Source: Eledone cirrhosa
Taxonomy: Eukaryota
Length of the DNA: 64,000 bases
Reading direction: 5' to 3'
Assembly (NCBI GenBank): GCA_964016885.1
Contig: OZ024743.1
Location: forward strand, 301,816,001-301,880,000
Shown: piece by piece, positions 58,185-64,000 of the stretch
How the letters are laid out: the number at the start of each line of letters is the position of its first letter
Position numbering within the stretch: position 1 is the stretch's first letter
Made by a program: the position numbers and the translations under genes
The notes under the pieces: model-generated
Told to the model about the DNA's origin: nothing
The model's database searches: none
What the model saw: the letters and a program-made list of their open reading frames with translations, nothing else

Positions 58185-58523
58185 GGGGGTGAGATTTATT
58201 GTAGTACAATATTTTATCTGACGAAAACGCAAATGTTATTGCATGATGATATTTGTTTTTGAAATGCGCATAATAAAATACATGGAACTCTTTTAACCAT
58301 CTTTTGATCTTATATATTATATATACATATAAGCAGAAGGGATATTCAATTTGTTGGGAATTCAACAAATATATATGTTTATAACTGATTCAGAGCAGTC
58401 GACAGTTTTCTGGAGTATGATATTCAATGATATTACATAAATGGAAACTGTATATGGTTTTATAAATACAGATTCCATTTATTTAATATCATTGTATATA
58501 TATATGTATAACTTCAATACTCT

Positions 58524-58604
<81 letters not shown>

Positions 58605-58688
58605 ATATATATATATATATATATACGCTCTGTAAGAGCGTAGAGTGCTCAACCGGCATACCACCTATGGAACCCTATTAGCTACCAT

Positions 58689-58761
<73 letters not shown>

Positions 58762-58789
58762 ATGTATATATATATATATATATATATAT

Positions 58790-62307
<3,518 letters not shown>

Positions 62308-62314
62308 TATATAT

Positions 62315-62519
62315 ATTAGAAAGTGAGGTTTTTTTTTACAAAATGAAAAATAACCGAGGTGTCCTACACGAGTGAAAGTATAAAGAAAAAAAGATGAAAT
62401 CCAAAATGCAACTGGAGTCTTATTTAAAAAAATATATATATATTTATTTGTTCCCTTTACCGATTTCGCAGTTCTTCTGCTTTTCAAAAGTAGAGTTGAG
62501 ATGGAGGGTCTGTGGTTTT

Positions 62520-62524
<5 letters not shown>
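62315..62524 (-). mobile_element. Terminal fragment of the 11228 family with U3-A8 HHR (62455-62490)
   Basis: ctt-TTGAAAA-gcag-aagaa-ctgc-GAAA-tcgg-TA-aag; TA-flanked. Confidence 0.8.
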
Positions 62525-62582
<58 letters not shown>

Positions 62583-64000
62583 CCTCCACAGAATGCTAGT
62601 GCTAATCGTAAGAATGCAACGGTAGACAATTCTAATGAACAATTTAAGGAAAGCAAAATAAACATCCTCTTAGAAGCAAACGCCTTATATCTCAAATGTT
62701 TCTATCGATAATATGATCTACGAATGATCAAAACGTAATCCAAAATGATCAAAACGAAATCTGGTTTGCTCTCATGCTCTTGGAAATAATTGTTTCTACT
62801 TTTGGCACAAGGCCAGCGATCACCCAATGTATTACTGGTACTTTATTTTATCGACGCCATAAGGATAAAAGGCAAACTTAACCTCGGCGGGATTTGAACT
62901 CAGAATGTCAAGGACCGTAACTCTATGCGTCAAAGCATGGCGTCCGACCCTCTCCCGATACTGCCAATCCACCGCCCCCAGAGATAATGTTAGTATGATA
63001 GCAATAATCATTTGAAAGGCGTCTGCTTCAAAACTAGACAATCAGGTACAAGGAGAAAGCAGCGTTTTGCAACAATGACAAAAAATGGAAAAATGTGTAA
63101 ACTTATCAACTGCTTCTGTAATATAATGTTTGCCGTTTCAAATATGATTATACTATAATACACATGCACCACTTCCTCGGCACTAGAAACGGAAGAATAA
63201 CAGATTGGCGCCCATAAACTTGAGAACACTTTAAATATGATATGCCCATAGATTTACGATGCGACGAAGTAAGTAAAATATAGTGTGGACTGATATACAA
63301 GTAAAACAATACAGACGAAAAACATCGGACGCACACTGAAGCCATGTAAAATGAAGCTAGGGAAACTTAAACAGATGGAATTTATTAATGTCCGGTTGTC
63401 CGTAATCAAAATGATTAATTATCAATCTATTTAAAATGTTGATCGAATGTGGGATGTGGAAACATTAACATTCTCAACTAAAGAAAAGACTCTCAATAAA
63501 CACCAGGGTGGGGATTTATAAACGTTTAATGGAATACATCGCAGGCAAGGTAAGGCATTTCTCGGATTTCCTGTAACACAAAATACGCGCAGAAATTTGG
63601 ACATAGTAAATTGTTGCTCGTTGAGTAGAAGGCTGTCATTATTTTATTTATTTACTCTCATTAGTAATCATGTATTTATATTTATATATGTATTCATTTA
63701 TTCATATAATAATTTGTGTAATTTATGTTCTTGTTCCGCCTCCCTGTTTTTATAAAGCTCAATTGTACATTCCCGCGAACATATTACAGCATTTTGTGAC
63801 ACCAATTTAAATGACTGCGCACATGTAAAACAAAAAATGAAGTATTATTATTCTTATTATTTTATTAAACGATTATATTTGCTTACCAATGCCGGAAATA
63901 TTTTCTACTGCATTGTAAAAAATCATGTCTTACCTGAAAAGAAAGAACATAATAAGTAAATTGTGAGCAAATATAGTAAATCGATAATTTTAGAAACACG

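Noticed and set aside
63008-63345. Hydrophobic ORFs as a membrane protein
   Set aside because: Short, multi-frame and without motifs; expected by chance in AT-rich DNA

Overview
Eukaryotic, AT-rich, repeat-dominated window with no host protein-coding gene I can support. The SINE, LINE and microsatellite make-up resembles an octopod cephalopod genome (inference). Nearly all short ORFs in the track come from (TA)n/(CA)n microsatellites. Recognisable elements are decayed LINEs (Tx1/L1, CR1-group, R4/Dong, RTE), tRNA-derived SINEs, a PIF/Harbinger-type MITE and a Helitron remnant. The dominant structure is a dense set of Penelope-like elements (PLEs; Naiad-like and Neptune-like GIY-YIG) and their non-coding fold-back derivatives, almost all sitting inside (TA)n tracts. 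Reading these by hand gives about 20 type I hammerhead ribozyme (HHR) motifs from roughly 10 sequence families, mostly with palindromic helix III and often one on each strand of a hairpin. They include a compensatory U3-A8 core (UUGAAAA) in two unrelated families, a C3/A8 core, a U4G core, long helix II insertions and an almost ribozyme-only insertion of about 105 bp. All folds were derived by eye and coordinates are approximate to a few bases.
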